From positions 992,001 through 1,056,000 of the forward strand of contig BCIN01000003.1 in the NCBI GenBank assembly GCA_039545335.1: a stretch of DNA of 64,000 nt. Direction: 5' to 3'. Positions within the stretch are counted from its first letter, which is position 1; each line of letters starts with the position of its first letter. Shown here in pieces: positions 14,046-28,190 of this stretch. Source of the stretch: Kondoa subrosea. Its lineage: Eukaryota. The notes beneath the pieces were generated by a model. The model ran no database searches. It was not told where the DNA came from and was given only the letters and a program-made list of their open reading frames with translations. The translations under genes were made by a program, and so were the position numbers.

Positions 14046-15018
14046 TCAGCCTAAAGCGCCATCAAATAATGCGTATACGCATTTCCTCTTACTTTCTGCT
14101 ACTTTTGGTTGTTTCCCTTTCCACATGAACCGTTGCACATGGTTATCAGTGCTATTCTTTGGTCATGCTTGCTTGCTTACATTTGCTTCATCACTTTTCT
14201 CTAATCCCAAACTCTCGAACAGCTTATTTGTTTCATCTCTGCCTAAGCCTTCGAGATCCAACTTTGCTCCCGCTGGGACCTGATCAATTGTATGTACCAA
14301 CAGAGCTCTAGCTTGTTCTTGACTTTAGCGTAAAGAGGAGAAGCGTAGCATTCCGTTTCTGATGGCTGGAACAATGTCCAAGCAACAAGCGTTTCTTGCT
14401 CATAGATGCAGAAACCGCGAAATGGATAAGAAGCTAGGGATTGCCATAGTTGGGGACGATAGAGGCCGGTATGCTGATAATCTGAGGCAATGAGATCGGC
14501 AGTAGGGTATTTCTCAACAATTTGATGTTTTGGGCAAGCCGGTAATCGAAGAGTTGGAGAAGGAGGTCGAGTCCAATAGACGATCGTATCTTTGGTCCAA
14601 GTGAATTCCCGTTTTTCGTATAGAGGTCTCAAGAGTGAAGAAGCGGTAAGGCCGATGCTTATAATTTGACAAGAGCGCAGAAGAGCATCAGCATGAGCTA
14701 ATAGAGCAGAGGCGACTCCTTTATGTCGATGTCCTTCTTGTACGATCAGTTGACCTATAAAGGCTATTGAATTTCGGTAGATTGCAACGACAACACAGCC
14801 AACGATTTCTCCATCGATTGAAGCAACCAGAAAGCCGTCGGGATAGATGCTGCGCGTGTAAGTGACTAGTTCTCCACTTATTACCTGTTACCTATACTCA
14901 ATTCTGATTATAGCAGAGGGAGAAGTTGACTAACCCATTTTGCTTTGCGAGCTAGAGGTACAAATAACCCTATTGCTTCAGCATCGCTTTCGGCCGGTCG
15001 TATTGTGATGTGGGTCAT
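14046..15018 (-). CDS. GNAT N-acetyltransferase with C-terminal extension (YitH-like architecture)
   Basis: MTHITIRPAE...YPDGFLVASIDGEIVGCV...FIGQLIVQEGHRHKGVASALL...LYEKREF; spliced C-terminal exons ending VYALFDGALG*. Confidence 0.85.
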
Positions 15019-15339
15019 GCTGTCAAGCGAGAAAAGAAACGAAAGAGATGAAGAGAATGTAACTTCGACAAAAGCCCAAATGTTGAATAAAGGGACTAGT
15101 AAGATGACAAAGCAGTAGACGAGTAGTACCAGAAGTATCACTTCATCTATTGCACGAGAGCCGACAATAAATGACCAAGCAGATCAATTGTAAAGCTGCC
15201 AACTCGACACAAAAACAAAGACGAAAGGCTGGAAACCAGCTGAAACAGAGCAAGCATGTAGTGAAAGAGAATGCAGCTAGAAGGAAGGAAAGATATCTCT
15301 CCCGCGCCTGATAAGGTCAGGCTCCAAGATGAATTTTGT

Positions 15340-16439
15340 CTAAGTGATATCTCGCAGAATGGTGTTCTTGGGCCTAGTGTGCCGCATAAAGCTCATGGGA
15401 GCACTGCCTCCGCCAAAACAAGGGATCATCGCAACATGAAGATTGACGAAGCCGTGTGTTTCATACCAAGCTGCCTGTTCTTAGGGTATTAATAGAGAGC
15501 TGCAAGATTCAAGAAACCCACTGTCGCGATATTGTCTGTCTCCAATAGCACATCGCAAGCCAGCTCGTCAGCCTGGATTACTCTTCAGCTTCTTCTGAAT
15601 TTGTAGGTGGATACCATTAAGTCTAACCTTTGCGATTATGGCCTGTAGTAGAGCATGCCCACGTCCAGATCCTTGCTTCTCTGGTGCAACCGCTAGTGTT
15701 CTGCAATACAGACTGTTGAGCTTCTTTATAGGAGGTCAAGCGATATCTGCTGCTGCTTCAGAGATCGAAGCGAGCTGTCACAAAGCGTCAGCATTCGTGT
15801 GCAGTTGATCCGAAGCGCAAAACATGTACCTCCTTCAGGTACTGATCGTGTCCCTCACTGAGAGATCGTACTGGTGGAATAAGCTTCTTGGCCAATGTTC
15901 CATCGTAATCAACACCGGGCGGCTAACAGTTTGCAGCAGCTTCGTAGCCCCCTGCGCCATCTATGACGAAGATCAGACCTGTTTCTCGAGCTACAGCTGT
16001 TTGAGCGAGATATCGATCTGCCATTTGCATTGAGCTGATCAAAACATGTATCGAGTACTGAACTGACTGTTCCATCTTCCTGGTTCCTCCGCATACTACT
16101 ACAAGCAATAAACGGAATCTATGAGGGATAAAGACAGCAAAGACTCACTGAAATGCCTACCGCTGAAGCTTGTACTGGATTTCTTGCAGAGCCAAACGAC
16201 AAAGCTTTCAGCCTGGCAAGCTCGTTGAGGTCATCATCTTCAGAAATGATATTAGTACATACGTATGCGAGACGTTACGCAACTGAGACATACCTGACGC
16301 ATGCGAAATGATACGGACATCATACATATCCGAACAAAGTTGCTAGCAGAATACAACAAGAGGAAGAAGAGAAAAGAAAAAGACAAGGACATAGCCAGAC
16401 AGTGCCCAATTACCTTCTAAGAAGTTTTCGAAGATTCAT
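15340..16439 (-). CDS. GNAT acetyltransferase, paralogue of the 59-62.6 kb genes, multi-exon
   Basis: LYCRTLAVAPEKQGSGRGHALLQAIIAK / ADELACDVLLETDN / AWYETHGF...IPCFGGG...FMRH matches the motif layout of the genes at 59060 and 60639. Confidence 0.8.
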
Positions 16440-16778
16440 GATTTAGACCAATCATGCACTGCAGACACTCGTACGGATTAGTACAGGAATCTTTTACAAT
16501 TCGACTAGGGCTATCCAGCGTACCTTGAGCGCTTCGCAGTGCACAATGGCAAGACCCAAGCAAGCATCGCTCGGCTTACGTGCGAAGGTTCTACAAGCTC
16601 GCAACAAGACATAAGACGAATGACAAAGCTATAATGTATCACAGAGGGTGAGATTGCGAATGCGCAAGTGTTCTGCGACTCAAATGGATACTGAACAAGC
16701 ATTACGTAATAATCCAGATGCCGATTTTATGTTCTGCTCTGCTCTTTGACCTACTCGAGTGACCTGCTGCCATTGAGA

Positions 16779-18065
16779 ATGTCTATCGGCCCTACAGAAG
16801 CAGTACCATCCTTTGAGGATTTCGATGACATCCCTCTGTTCATGCGGAAATTGCCTGCTGATGAAAAAGGTCAAATTCAAAGCAATGCAGCAATAGACGC
16901 TCTGCAATCCTTAATCTACGAAGGAACACCTGAAGGTCTGCATCTACCATTATCACAAGCCGTCTGTCCGCTGAAGAATACTGCGCCAGGATAGACACAG
17001 CTGCAAATCTTAAAGAACAAGCGAACGCTCAATATAAAGCTAAAAGATACAAAGAAGCTTCAGGTTTCTACTCTCAAGCTATTGATGAATTGGGAGAACA
17101 GTTAAGCGTGAATACTTTACGAACTTTGCTTTCCAATCGAGCTGCATGTCATCTTGAACTCCGTCTGTTTCATTTGCCTTCATACATTTCGCTTCTTGTC
17201 TCATTCTTTCTTCAGAAAACTATCGATCATGTATACGAGATTGCGCTTCCGTTTTAAGCAAAGCGGAAGATTCGATATCGGAAGAAGAAGCTAGCAAGCA
17301 ATACCTATCAACGACCAAGAAAGCTTTGTTTCGTAGTGCGAAAGCTCTACACGCTTTGTCAAAATATGAAGAAGCAACAGATGTACTCGAAAGGCTAGCG
17401 AAGATATCAGAAGTTCAGGATGTGGGAGCGGAAGCTTTACAGAAACAGATTCAGACCAAGGTGGAAGCTAGACAGAAAGCAGAACAGACGAGACTGGATA
17501 GGGAGGAAGCGAAGAAGCAAGAAAGTTCAGCATTGATATCACGTCTACAAGTTCGTCCCGCTTGCAATCGGATTCGTTTCCAATCACTGAAGTCTTTATG
17601 CAGGAACTTAAGATCTCGTTACCGCCAGATTGGTCATATGAAAAAGCACGAGCGACAGCACCAGGCGATTTCAACCCACCTCACTTCGAATCCTATTCTT
17701 CTTCCAATCGAATCTTGTTTCCTGTCTTTCTCTTACGCCCTTATCATCAACCGCCAATGAGGGATTTCGTTCCAGAATGGGCAGATGATACTTCATTAGC
17801 AGATCAACTTGAAGTTTTCACTGAACAAGATCCAACTTTCGTCTTAATGGATTTCTTTGCTATTTCGAAAAAGGGTCGAATTTTGAAAATAGGTAGGAAA
17901 TTAAGTTTAGCTCAAGTTTGTGAAGCAATGTATAAAGAAGAGGGAGATGGGATGGAATTGGTTGGGTCTTGGTCTTTGGAAGTGTATGCTTTACCTCGGG
18001 ATAGAGCGAAAGAATGGGCAGATGAAATGAAGAAGGATCTTCGTGCAAGAGGACTCAAGGGATAG
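16779..18065 (+). CDS. CNS1: Hsp70/Hsp90 co-chaperone Cns1/TTC4 (TPR protein)
   Basis: IPLFMRKLP...AIDALQSLIYEGTPE, TPR repeats (LKEQANAQYKAKRYKEA, SNRAACHLEL, ALFRSAKALHAL) and C-terminal LFPVFLLRP wheel-domain segment. Confidence 0.92.
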
Positions 18066-18110
18066 TAGTTTACACGAATTACAATGCATACGAAAAGAGT
18101 GATTTGGCTT

Positions 18111-18962
18111 CTACTGTCCTACTCTTCTTGCTGGCTGACCTTGCCATGCTGTAATTTTGGGCGCGGTAGTAGAGTATGTCTTGAAAGCGCCCTGCAATCA
18201 CTCGTTCAGTAGACGAAGAGCAGACCTACTGTATAAAATACCCTTGTTCCTGTAACGTTTTCGAACCATCCCTGTACTTTGAATTGGCGGGTATGTCAAG
18301 CGACGTGAATTAAGGACACACCGACTGCCATTTCTGCTTTGACATCTGTAGCTGCTCATCCTTTGGTGGTGGAGGTCCACGGATGTGACTCAACCAAGCT
18401 CTCCACTCACTGTTCAGCGCCAATGTTTTGGTTGGAATACAGCGTGAGCAAATCGAGAGCTAAACTTACGGCGGCACTTGAGTGGCGTTGAAGTCGTGCT
18501 GTACATCCGAAGCGTATTAAGCTAAAAGATAGCAGTACAATCAAAAACGCACCTCGACATATTCGATCCATCTATGTCTGCCTGGAATCTCGTCCAAGTT
18601 CTCCCAGTATTTATTACCGAACCTGTTCATCATCATCCCTCAGCCTTCAAGCATCCAATGCAGTAGGTAAAAGCGAGCGAACTGATCAATGCCTTGAAGT
18701 TCACCATATTTCGTGCTGTTATTATAACCTCGATTAAGCGCTTCTACCCTGAGTAGATTATGAGCCACGTACGTTCCGATATAATTCTACAGCCCATGTC
18801 AGTGCAGCCTGAGCAGTTCTTAAGCGCTTTTACTGACCAAATCTCGGAACCATTGTTTGAAGCCTGTCGACAGGACCGATCTCGAGTTATTGCGGCTTCA
18901 TCGCAAGTGCGAACAAACTCACCAGTCTTCTGGAAATTCGAAATGAGCGTTCTGATACTCAT
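18111..18962 (-). CDS. NDUFA12: NADH:ubiquinone oxidoreductase subunit NDUFA12 (17.2 kDa/N7BM), many small exons
   Basis: Spliced exons MSIRTLISNFQKT / FKQWFRDL / TKYGELQGIDQ / FGNKYWENLDEIPGRHRWIEY / HDFNATQVPP / WLSHIR / FKTYSTTAPKITAW. Confidence 0.9.
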
Positions 18963-19217
18963 TCTGACAAGAGAATATCGCAGTATAAGAAAACAGTCAG
19001 TTAAAGCTAAAGCCAACCTTTCAGTCATTCCTTCAGTCATTCAAAAGGAAAGTCGTTATTACTGCATTACTACGTTGATACTACTTAACAAACCAGGCTT
19101 AGAAAGAGAGAAAAAGATACAGATATTTGCCCCATTTCAATGCATCCCCTTCATTAATATAACGTCGTTTCCAAATCCCCTACCCTGTCATTCCGTTACT
19201 GCATCCCATAAGAGTCT

Positions 19218-21854
19218 TTACTTCTTGCTATGAGGACTGAGAGCGCTCTGTGAGGAGTTACAAACTCTCAGCGTTGTAACGCAGAAAGCAATGTCTCTCT
19301 CACCTTGATCTTTCCAAAGAAACTAGACTTGCGTTCTCTTGATTGACCATTGTTGTGGCTAGAAGGAACATAAGAAGAAGAAGAAGGTGTCGAGGGTGTC
19401 GAAGGAGCAGTGACGAAATCTTTACCGCCAGGAGTAGATTTAGTGCTTGACACAGTTGATGGATCGAATTGAGAACCGTTCTTCTGTGGTGTGACTGGAC
19501 CACCAGCAGCAGCAGTAGTAGATGAAGCAGTAGAAGAAGCTTGTCGACCTAGAGTAGAGAATCGCTTAGACTTCTTTTCTTCTTTGACTGGAGTCTTGGG
19601 AGTTGGCAAAGAAGTGTGCTTGTCTTTACTTGTAGCCGTCTTGCTGACAGTGACTGGAGCAGCTGGTAGCACTGGAGTAGCCTCCTTTGAAGGTACAACA
19701 GGCGAAGCAGAAGTGGTCTGGAGAGCTGGAACAGTCTCAATGGAGTTCTTGACATCTTGGACCAGAGCATCGTGCTGGTTTACCACTGTGGCATCGGGTG
19801 CAGTAGGAACGAGCTGCTTGACATCTGCGACCAAATCGGATTTGTGGTTGACATCTGATTTAGCATGGTGATCTTTGATATCGGCTACAACAGCTTTAGC
19901 AGAAGTAGGGCTGGCAGTTTGATCCACTGAAGAAGTAGTTCCATTGACATTAGCTGGAACGGTATTGGAAGAGCCAATAGCAGAAACGCCTTGTGTTCCA
20001 CTAGCATCAGAAACAGCTTCGTGAGCAGGTTGAGAACCTTCATTGCGTGCTGGAACGGTATCGACTTTCTTCTCTACTTCACTTAACAAGGCTTCTTTCT
20101 GCTGAACAACTTCTGCAGGCTTCTCTTGCTTGATTTCCCGGACTTCATCTTTTCCGCTCAAATCTTGATCGGCAGCCAGAGCTCGGGTGGAAGAAGTATC
20201 TTGAACTGGTGCTGAAAAGTTCTGGTTAGCGTCTTTAACAGCTGCTACAGTTGCAGTTGCACCAGCAGCGATTGCACCACCGGCCAAAGCAAGAGCAGCC
20301 ATAGGGTAAGACAAGGCTTGAGGTAAGTTCTCATAAGTGTAGCCTGCTGCTTGTTGAGCGCCGGAAGCAACCGTATTGGCAGCATTGATAGCGTGTGGTT
20401 TGACGTCATCATATGTCTTGACAGCAACGGCTTGAACTTGCTCGGTACTGGGGAGTTGAGCAGCAACCTGCTGTGAAGTAGCTGAAATTTGGTTCGCTGC
20501 TTGTTGAGCTGTAGCATTGACTTGTTCTGAGCTGGGCAAGACAGCAGCTACTTGTTCGGTGACGGTCGGCTGAGCAGCAGAGGAAGTAGGCTGAGGTGTG
20601 GCTGCAACTTCGTTGTCTAGACCAAGCTGTGAAGCTGAGATTTCAGTTTGCTTTGGTTCGATAGCCTTGGAAGTAGGTTCTTGCGCCTCATGAATTTCAA
20701 CAGGAGCAGAAGTGGGAGGCTGAGGAACGACAGGAATGATGCCGACTGCCGAAGGTTCAGTTTTGGCTTGAACAGACTCTTGAGCTTTCGAAGTCTCTGG
20801 AACCAAAGCAATGAATTCCGGTTGTTGAGTTTCCTTCTTCAAAGCTTTATCGAGTTCATCACCCGAAGCAGGTGAGGTCAAAGAAGTTTGCACAGCGGGA
20901 GTTGGAGCTGGATCAACAGGTTTCTCAGAGCTGCCTGGAACTATTGCTGATGGGTGAGCTGCATCACGAGAGGCCGATGCTGGCGCATGGATGCCTGGTT
21001 CAGTGACTGAAGAATATTGCTGGAAGCTTGATTCCATAGTTTGGACAACGGAATTGCTGGCTTGTAAAACGGCTGCTTCCGCCGCCGCGGCAAAGCTGGA
21101 AAGAGATGCAGCGATACCATCAGTCGATAGGCGTGGGATATGGACTGTTCAAGATCAGCCTTATGATGTCACAATAGTTTAGAAGACTCACAAGAGCCGT
21201 TGCTAGTTGCTGGTGCACTAGCGGTAGAAGTTGTGGAAGTAGTTAAGACAGGCGTACTCTCCTGTACGGCGTTGGGAGCTGCTGCTTTCTCTTCATGGGC
21301 TTTCTTCTCAAGTTCAGCTTGCTGCCTAGCTGTTTCTTTCTGCTCGGCTTCAGCCTTTTCTTTCGCTTCCCTTTCACTCCGTCCTGATTCTTCTTCTGTT
21401 GGGATATGTAGAACATTGTTGACAAAGCCAGAGTTATCAGATTCTGCAAAGGTAAATGAGACGGTTATAATTAGCGAACATTTGTCTACTTACCGCACGC
21501 TTCTCGAGGATTGTGCTGCCGCATTCCTCAGCATCATTCAGCAGGTTTACGGGGCACGTACTGTCCAATGACCATCCACAACGTACTGTAAACTTAAATT
21601 CAGCAAACCTAACAAAATGCAGACAGAACGAAATTCACTTTGAACAAGACTTTGTAGTTATAAGGAAGCTCAACAGTTTTGCTGAAATGACCGTCCTGGC
21701 CGCGCTCCATTTGAATGCTAGCCTTCCAATCTTCAAAGTTTCCGCCTATGCTAACACTGGACGGGGCTGATGATTCCCTGTTGACCCTCATCTTAGCTGT
21801 AGTCCCCTACATAGACTGACTGACTGACCATCTGAAAGTGTGAGAATGTCCCAT
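19218..21854 (-). CDS. CBM48/AMPK1_CBM glycogen-binding domain protein with long low-complexity tail (Crp1/Mdg1-like)
   Basis: N-terminal MGHSHTFRW...VSIGGNFEDWKASIQME...FSKTVELPYNYKVLFK...VVDGHW; then an A/S/T/P/Q-rich 589-codon segment ending RKSSFFGKIK. Confidence 0.85.
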
Positions 21855-22717
21855 GGCTTGTTGTTTTTATCGTCAAAAAAATCTCTGTCATGCACATGAG
21901 TCCCCAGGTTCGTGTGACTCCGAAGTCGTCTTGCGTGCTCACATAGCAAGAGAATATATGTCGGAACAAGGAGAGCACTGATCGAAGCCAAACAGCGCAC
22001 GCGACGGTTGATGGCCAACAGCATTTTCAGTTTTCGGGTCAAAATAACGAGAGGTTGGAAGGCGTCGGAAGTCACCATCTGCCTATACACTTCAGAGATG
22101 CTTCTCTAATGCTGTGTAGCTTGCTCTGCTTGAAGATGGACCGCCCTCTCCATCCTTATCGCATTTCATCGAATTGCAGAACGATATCGCAAAGCCACGT
22201 TCTCCAGGGCTAAGACCTCTCTCTCCGCTCTTCCATCTGTGCTCTCGCAAGCTCTCTCGATATGTAGTCATCTCTTCCCTGATATCTTGAGTCGCGGGTC
22301 CAGGCAGTGCTGAGCAGCCCTCAAGCTGTGCTTTCAGTCTTGCGCCTGTCCAGATCATGCGTTACTTGTTGTGCTTATGCCGTGGGTGTCCCAAGATCAC
22401 TCTCAGGATCAGCTTGGGGTCTTTATCTCAGTCTCGTGACTTTCGATTTTCTACTTTAGTTCGATCTAGCTGTCACCTAAGCATCTATCTTCGGTTATTG
22501 CTGCCGATTGGTTTCACCAAGGCCCCCCAAAGTTTTCCTCCCTTCTCAGCTGACCAAGACCGACCACTCTTCAACAACCTCTTTCTGCATTTCTTACCGT
22601 CCCAACTTGTTTGGCTTGCAACTTCCTGCTTTTCTGTCAGACCCTGAAAATTTGTTTCAACGCAGATTTCATTATCACTTCCCCAAAGATCTGCATAAAA
22701 CGGTAACTTCACAAACA

Positions 22718-24199
22718 ATGTTCAAATCAAGACGAAGATCCATCGCTGGAAACGGCCAAGATCAACCAAGTGGCAGTTATTTCGACATCAACGCAGCATC
22801 ACCAACGTTTTCCACTTATTCACCTTCACCTAGAGATATTCAACCTCGACCTTCTTCAGTCTATGGCTATTCTAACAACTCTGGTCTTAGATTACCTTCT
22901 CTCAACGAAGCTCTCAATTCTTCTTACACAGATTCTTCACCTGCTTCTTCGCTACGGTCTTTCAATATGCCTATACCTTCTTACACCTCATCTAATGGTT
23001 TCTTACCCAACACACCTTCTTCGCCTCCGAGGTTCGAAAGCAATGTAAGTTCCTCACTCAAACTGCGATTTTTTTTGGGCAGTGCTGATTGTACAGCTTC
23101 TTTGTTCTTGTTTAGAATACCCGTCGAAAATCAGATGCTAGCTCTTACATTCCTATCTCTTCAGTAGAAGACAGACGTTTGTCTTCTTCCCAAAATGGAG
23201 GTTCAGGAGGAGGAAAGAAAGCAAGGAAGAGCAATATTGGTTCTTGTGCTGTTTGCGGCACTACTAGTTCACCTGAGTGGAGAAGATCCGTAGCTGGACC
23301 AAGGTGCGCTCCTTCTCGTACGAATGATTAGATCTAGCTGACGATGTGATTAGATCGGTTTGCAATGCTTGCGGTCTGACAGGCAAGTCCTTCGTTCGTC
23401 TGCACGCGTGCTTGTGACTCAGGGCAAAGACCTGCAGCTGCCAAGATTGGTGCTGGACCTGAACCTACAAGCTTAGATGAAGTGCTTGAGGCACTTAGGA
23501 TGATTGGAAAGATTCGATTTAGGGTTCAATATGTTCGTCACCTGTTTCAAATCTATCTCACTCTTGACTGATCCTCCCTATAATCAGTTTGAGCTTCCGG
23601 CAAACGCCGCTGAGCGTGTCATGACTATTTGGACTCCACCTGTCGATTCTTCTTCCAGCGGCTACAGCAGTTATTCATCCAATTCAAGCAGAAGATCAGC
23701 TATTTCTATCCCAGGCTCAGCTTCTTCTTTCACTTCAGCCTCACCTTTTTATGGTCCGCCGACTCCTTCTTCCTACTCTTCTCGTCAATCATTTGGTACT
23801 TCGCCACAAGAACACGACGCAGCATTCACTTTAGCAAGTCTTTGTTCCAGTCCTACTTCAATCAGCAGTCGCCAGTCTTCCCTCACTACTCCACCAGGTA
23901 TAGATCGAGGTGGGTATTTCAGCATGCCAACCAGTAATGGTCCAATTCCAAGATCTCAGTCCTCTCTTGCTTCACCTTATGGAGCGAATCAAGACATTGA
24001 TAAACAAGCAAGAAGATTATCTGCAATGTCTTTGGATTTACCACCTGAACCAACTTTACCAGATACGTCTAGAATGTCTTTGTCTTCTTTGATGAACCCT
24101 TCTCCTTCGGATGTTGGATCAAGATCGAGGAAATTCAGCTTCGAAACTACTCCTTCCTCTTCTGCAACGAAGCGAAGATCATCAACTTTCACTTTCTGA
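22718..24199 (+). CDS. GATA zinc-finger transcription factor
   Basis: C-x2-C-x18-C-x2-C finger CAVCGTTSSPEWRRSVAGPR|SVCNACGL, split by an intron; Ser/Pro-rich flanks. Confidence 0.9.
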
Positions 24200-24567
24200 C
24201 CTCTCAAACACTAAACTGACACACAATATCTCAAGACCAACTCATGCCGATGTATAGCTTAGTATGCTCCGTATAGCTTTACTAATTCTCCTTTTGCATG
24301 TAATCTAACGTTTAGCTATTCCATGTATATAGCTTTATTTCAGTTCTCAGTAGCACAATAAAAGTTGAATGCATGCAAGCAGAGAGAATGCAAATATAAT
24401 CGGGATTGCCTTTCAATTGGATCCGTATCCCGGCATAGAATCGTCAAAAGTATTGTTACATCGCGGAAAAAAGAAATCTATTCACAAACAGAAAGAAGCC
24501 CCTTTTGAACAATCGTGTGTACATCCCCGCAAACCCATCATCCCCATTATAATTATCGTAAAGATCC

Positions 24568-27500
24568 TCATAATCCCGAACCGCTCGGGTAATTGGGATC
24601 TATTGCCAAAGAGTTTTCCAACTCGCTCAGTTGAGAAGAGTAGTTATTGGTGAAAGCGCTCCAGGCCGATGCATCCATCTGCAAGACAAAATTAGGCTAT
24701 ACATAATCAAGAAAGTATTGATCTATTGAACTTACGCTGATAGGCATTTCATTCCAGAACAAGAGATCTGCCTGAGTGTGATCGTTTTGAGCGCCCCAGA
24801 GACCTTGAAAGTGAACATCGGAATTGTTATTGACATTGCTTGTTGTGTTGGCGGTGTTGTTGTTATTATTGTTACTGCTACTACCTAAGCCTAGGGGACT
24901 TGGACCAACGCTCGGGTGCGAAGCATGACCAAGAGCATGCGCCAGAGGAGCGGTATCCTGAGCGAGAGGTGGAAGAGCGGGTGAAGAAGAGCGCGAATGG
25001 GATGTAGATTGAGGCACTCGGCTTGCGGTCAGTTCGTTCTGCCCAATTTCATCCAGTTCCAGTAGAATTTGTCTGCAATACATCTCGTTAGCTTTTGATT
25101 AGGCTGCTATTGCCTCAATTACCGATGATGAGCTGCTAAAGTCCAACTTCCAGATAGCTCTTCTAGCCAGCCCATACACTGCAACACGTTTAACGATGAG
25201 CAAGACTGTGAAAGACTTACTCACCTGCTGCAAAGAGCGATGTGCTTTCTCTGCTAATTGAGGATCGGAACTTGCTTTATTGGCAACTTGCATAGCCGCT
25301 GCAGTGAAAATGACATAGACCATCTGGGTGGAGACTTTACGAAACCCGAAGCTGCGATGATAGTTTTCGGCAATCTTGCATATCGAATCTGCTGCGTTGG
25401 TGCAAATTTGATGTGAGCTAGGCATAGGGATCCCTTTGTATGTTAGACTAGGAGCCACAGGTATGTATGTACGGTGCAGAAGGAGATGACAGAGGAAGAA
25501 GACCTGTAAGAACGGATTCATCAGCCAAGATGCGGCGGGATCAGCAAATAGCTCTTACAGCGTTCATGACTAATAGATGCGATCCCATCCTGTTGATATG
25601 TGGACCCCAAGCAAGGTGGGGTGGCAGCTCAGCACGCCAATCTTCAAGCTGCGCAGAGATCTCTTGCAGTGTCACATGATTCACATCTTCTCGCCATTTC
25701 CTGCGCCGCTGAACAGAATAAACGCCTGTGATGATGTTCTCCAATATGCATGCCAGCGAGGCAAAAGCTCTGAAGGCCGATACGCCGCAAAGCTGAGTAC
25801 TTGCAGCTGCGCTCGGAGCAGGCACAATCTTGAGATAGCTTGGATCCCACATGCCGTATTCGGACAAGTCGTTGCTGTCTTTGACCGTAGGTAAGGGACA
25901 CTGTGAGCATCCAATCCCAAGACGAATGAGATAAACTCAGGTTGCCTGGCATTTACTCACATCAAGATCTTCTTGTCTAAGTAGAACTGGACGGCCAAGC
26001 ACAGCGGAGCACATTTTGTCTGAAAAACAACGATGATCAGTATCAGCTGTCGTGGCACAATCATCACCAACCTAGAATGTAGACGCCCCAGAAGCTGTTC
26101 GAAGAAATAATCAGTGCACATTCTTGTTTGGCAGCGAGGGAAACACACCTTCGTATCCTCTCTTCTGTTTCAACAGGACTGAAAGAAAAGCCAGCAGCCA
26201 CATTGACGTCAGGATGTCGATGTATGCCTAGATCAAGCGCCATTCGACTCGCAATACCTGGTCGTTTCAGCTTGTAAGCACAATACATTATTCTCATTCC
26301 GCACCAACTTACCGCTGTACTGCCAACCTTGAGCACTTCTACCTGTTCCCATCTCTCTAAGAGCCATATAGATCAATCCTTGCAGAACAGGAATAGACGA
26401 TTCGTTGTTTGACTGAACCAAGTGAAACCTCGCTCGATTGAAGTACAAAGCACCTAAAGTCCGAGGCGAATATCGATTCATATCCACTCCTGGTATTTCT
26501 TCAGGTTGTCCTTCAAGCGTTCGAGCAGCTATAGCGCAAGCAGCATTGAACAAAACCGGTTCCGTATGGAAAGCTTCTGAAGTCCTTTCTCGACCATAAA
26601 CGACAGGCCAAAGGGAATGAGCGAAAGTGAAGAAGATGGAAATCAGTCGTTCAACTATTGGTTGGGGTACATCTTCGTCAAAGGGTAGTTCTCCAGGTTC
26701 CGGTCCATTTGAAGTGTTTGAACCGGAAGCTGTTGGACTGACATCTTTCAACGCATGAGAGAGGAAAGATCTATCCACTGATCGTTCGTAGTCATGTAGG
26801 ATAGCGGATCTGTTCTCAGAATTCTCAGTTCAGCTGTTTCTAAAAGCTATCCGGAAGTGAAACAAACAAGCTAGTTTTCGGCGGTGGATTCAGGCTCAGT
26901 GATGCAGCGGCTGACATTCCAATTCCACTTCTAGCCAAAGCTTCTCTTCTCACATCTGTTTCGGTTCTCGTGTTACCATGATGGCCATAATCAGCTGCCG
27001 AAAAAGCTGGCAAACCGCTGGTAGGTCCTCGATACCCTGAATCGATGCGAGACATAGCTGCGTGGGAAGATTCCCAGTTATGCGAGATCTGGTTGACGAG
27101 AGAAGGTAATCGAGCCGGTTGCTGAGGTGGAACAGAACTACGATTGTCGGACTTGAGAGCGAGAAGACTTTGAGAAGCTGCTGCATCTATATCACCAGAA
27201 TAGCCTCTGCTAGGCTGTTGCTGATGACTAGTAGTCGCCAGAATAGGTACCGCTGGGAAAGTATGACTTCCTGAAGTCGTAGGTAAAGGAGGTACGCGAC
27301 CACTGATATCTGGCCAAGGAGTATTTTCCGTAGCAGGTATAATCATATGCGCGGGAGAGGTGAATTGAGGTGTGACAGGATATTCGGCTTGAGGGAATGA
27401 CTGTTGGCCGGAAAGAGGGATGCCATGTGATTGAGGAGTTTGGGTGAATTGTGAAGGATTAAATGCATCTGAAATGATGTGTGGTTGTACTAGGTTAGCA

Positions 27501-28190
27501 GAAGCTCCCGTTGGAGGAATATTGTAGAGCGTGTTCGACGGGTTTCGAGAGCGTCTATCAGAATAGGTCTCGGGTACTGGAATGAAGGTGTCAGTAACCA
27601 TTGGATCATCATGATAGACGCCCTTACAAGCAGCAGGAGGCGAGGGCTGTCGAGGAGCTTGTTGCAATTGAGGCTGTGGTACAGGTATGAAATCGTTTCT
27701 GACCTGGTCTTGAGGTACTGGCACTGGAATAGGGATGCTTGGGACAGCAGCGAAAGCTGCTTGCGGTTGCGTCTCAGGTTCTACACTGCTAGAAGGCCGA
27801 GCACCATCTTTCTTTGGTGGTTTTGGTCGAGTGTAGCCTTTGGGAGGTCCACGCTTCTTTGCGACTCCGTATTCTGCATGAGAGAGGAGAGAGAATGAGC
27901 TCAAAGATTCAGTGTAGAGGTCAGCGTACCGCAAGTGTCTGCTATCTTTGCATTTATGCAAGACCGACAAGGTTGCTGTCCATCACACTGTGCAGAGAAG
28001 TTTCAGCCTGTGGCCTTCAAGTAGATAGAGGTATGGCAGGAGGTACCTTCTGCTTCTTGTGACCACAAGTCTTGCAGGCCTGAGCGATGCGACTCTTTTT
28101 CTTAGGCGGTCCTTTATTGCTGTTATTTGCTTCGTCTGCTGAGTCATCCCTATCCTCTATTGGGTGTTTGGAAGTACTGGCGCTGAGCAT
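24568..28190 (-). CDS. Zn(II)2Cys6 fungal-specific transcription factor with Fungal_trans domain
   Basis: RIAQACKTCGHKKQK|CDGQQPCRSC...KKRGPPKG; middle region GWQYSG..ASRMALDLGIHR...ERIRR..FWGVYILD. Confidence 0.93.

Noticed and set aside
18744..19233. 157-aa + strand ORF and overlapping 98-aa - strand ORF
   Set aside because: They overlap the spliced NDUFA12 5' exons and the 3' UTR of the CBM48 gene; best explained as antisense or intron read-through.
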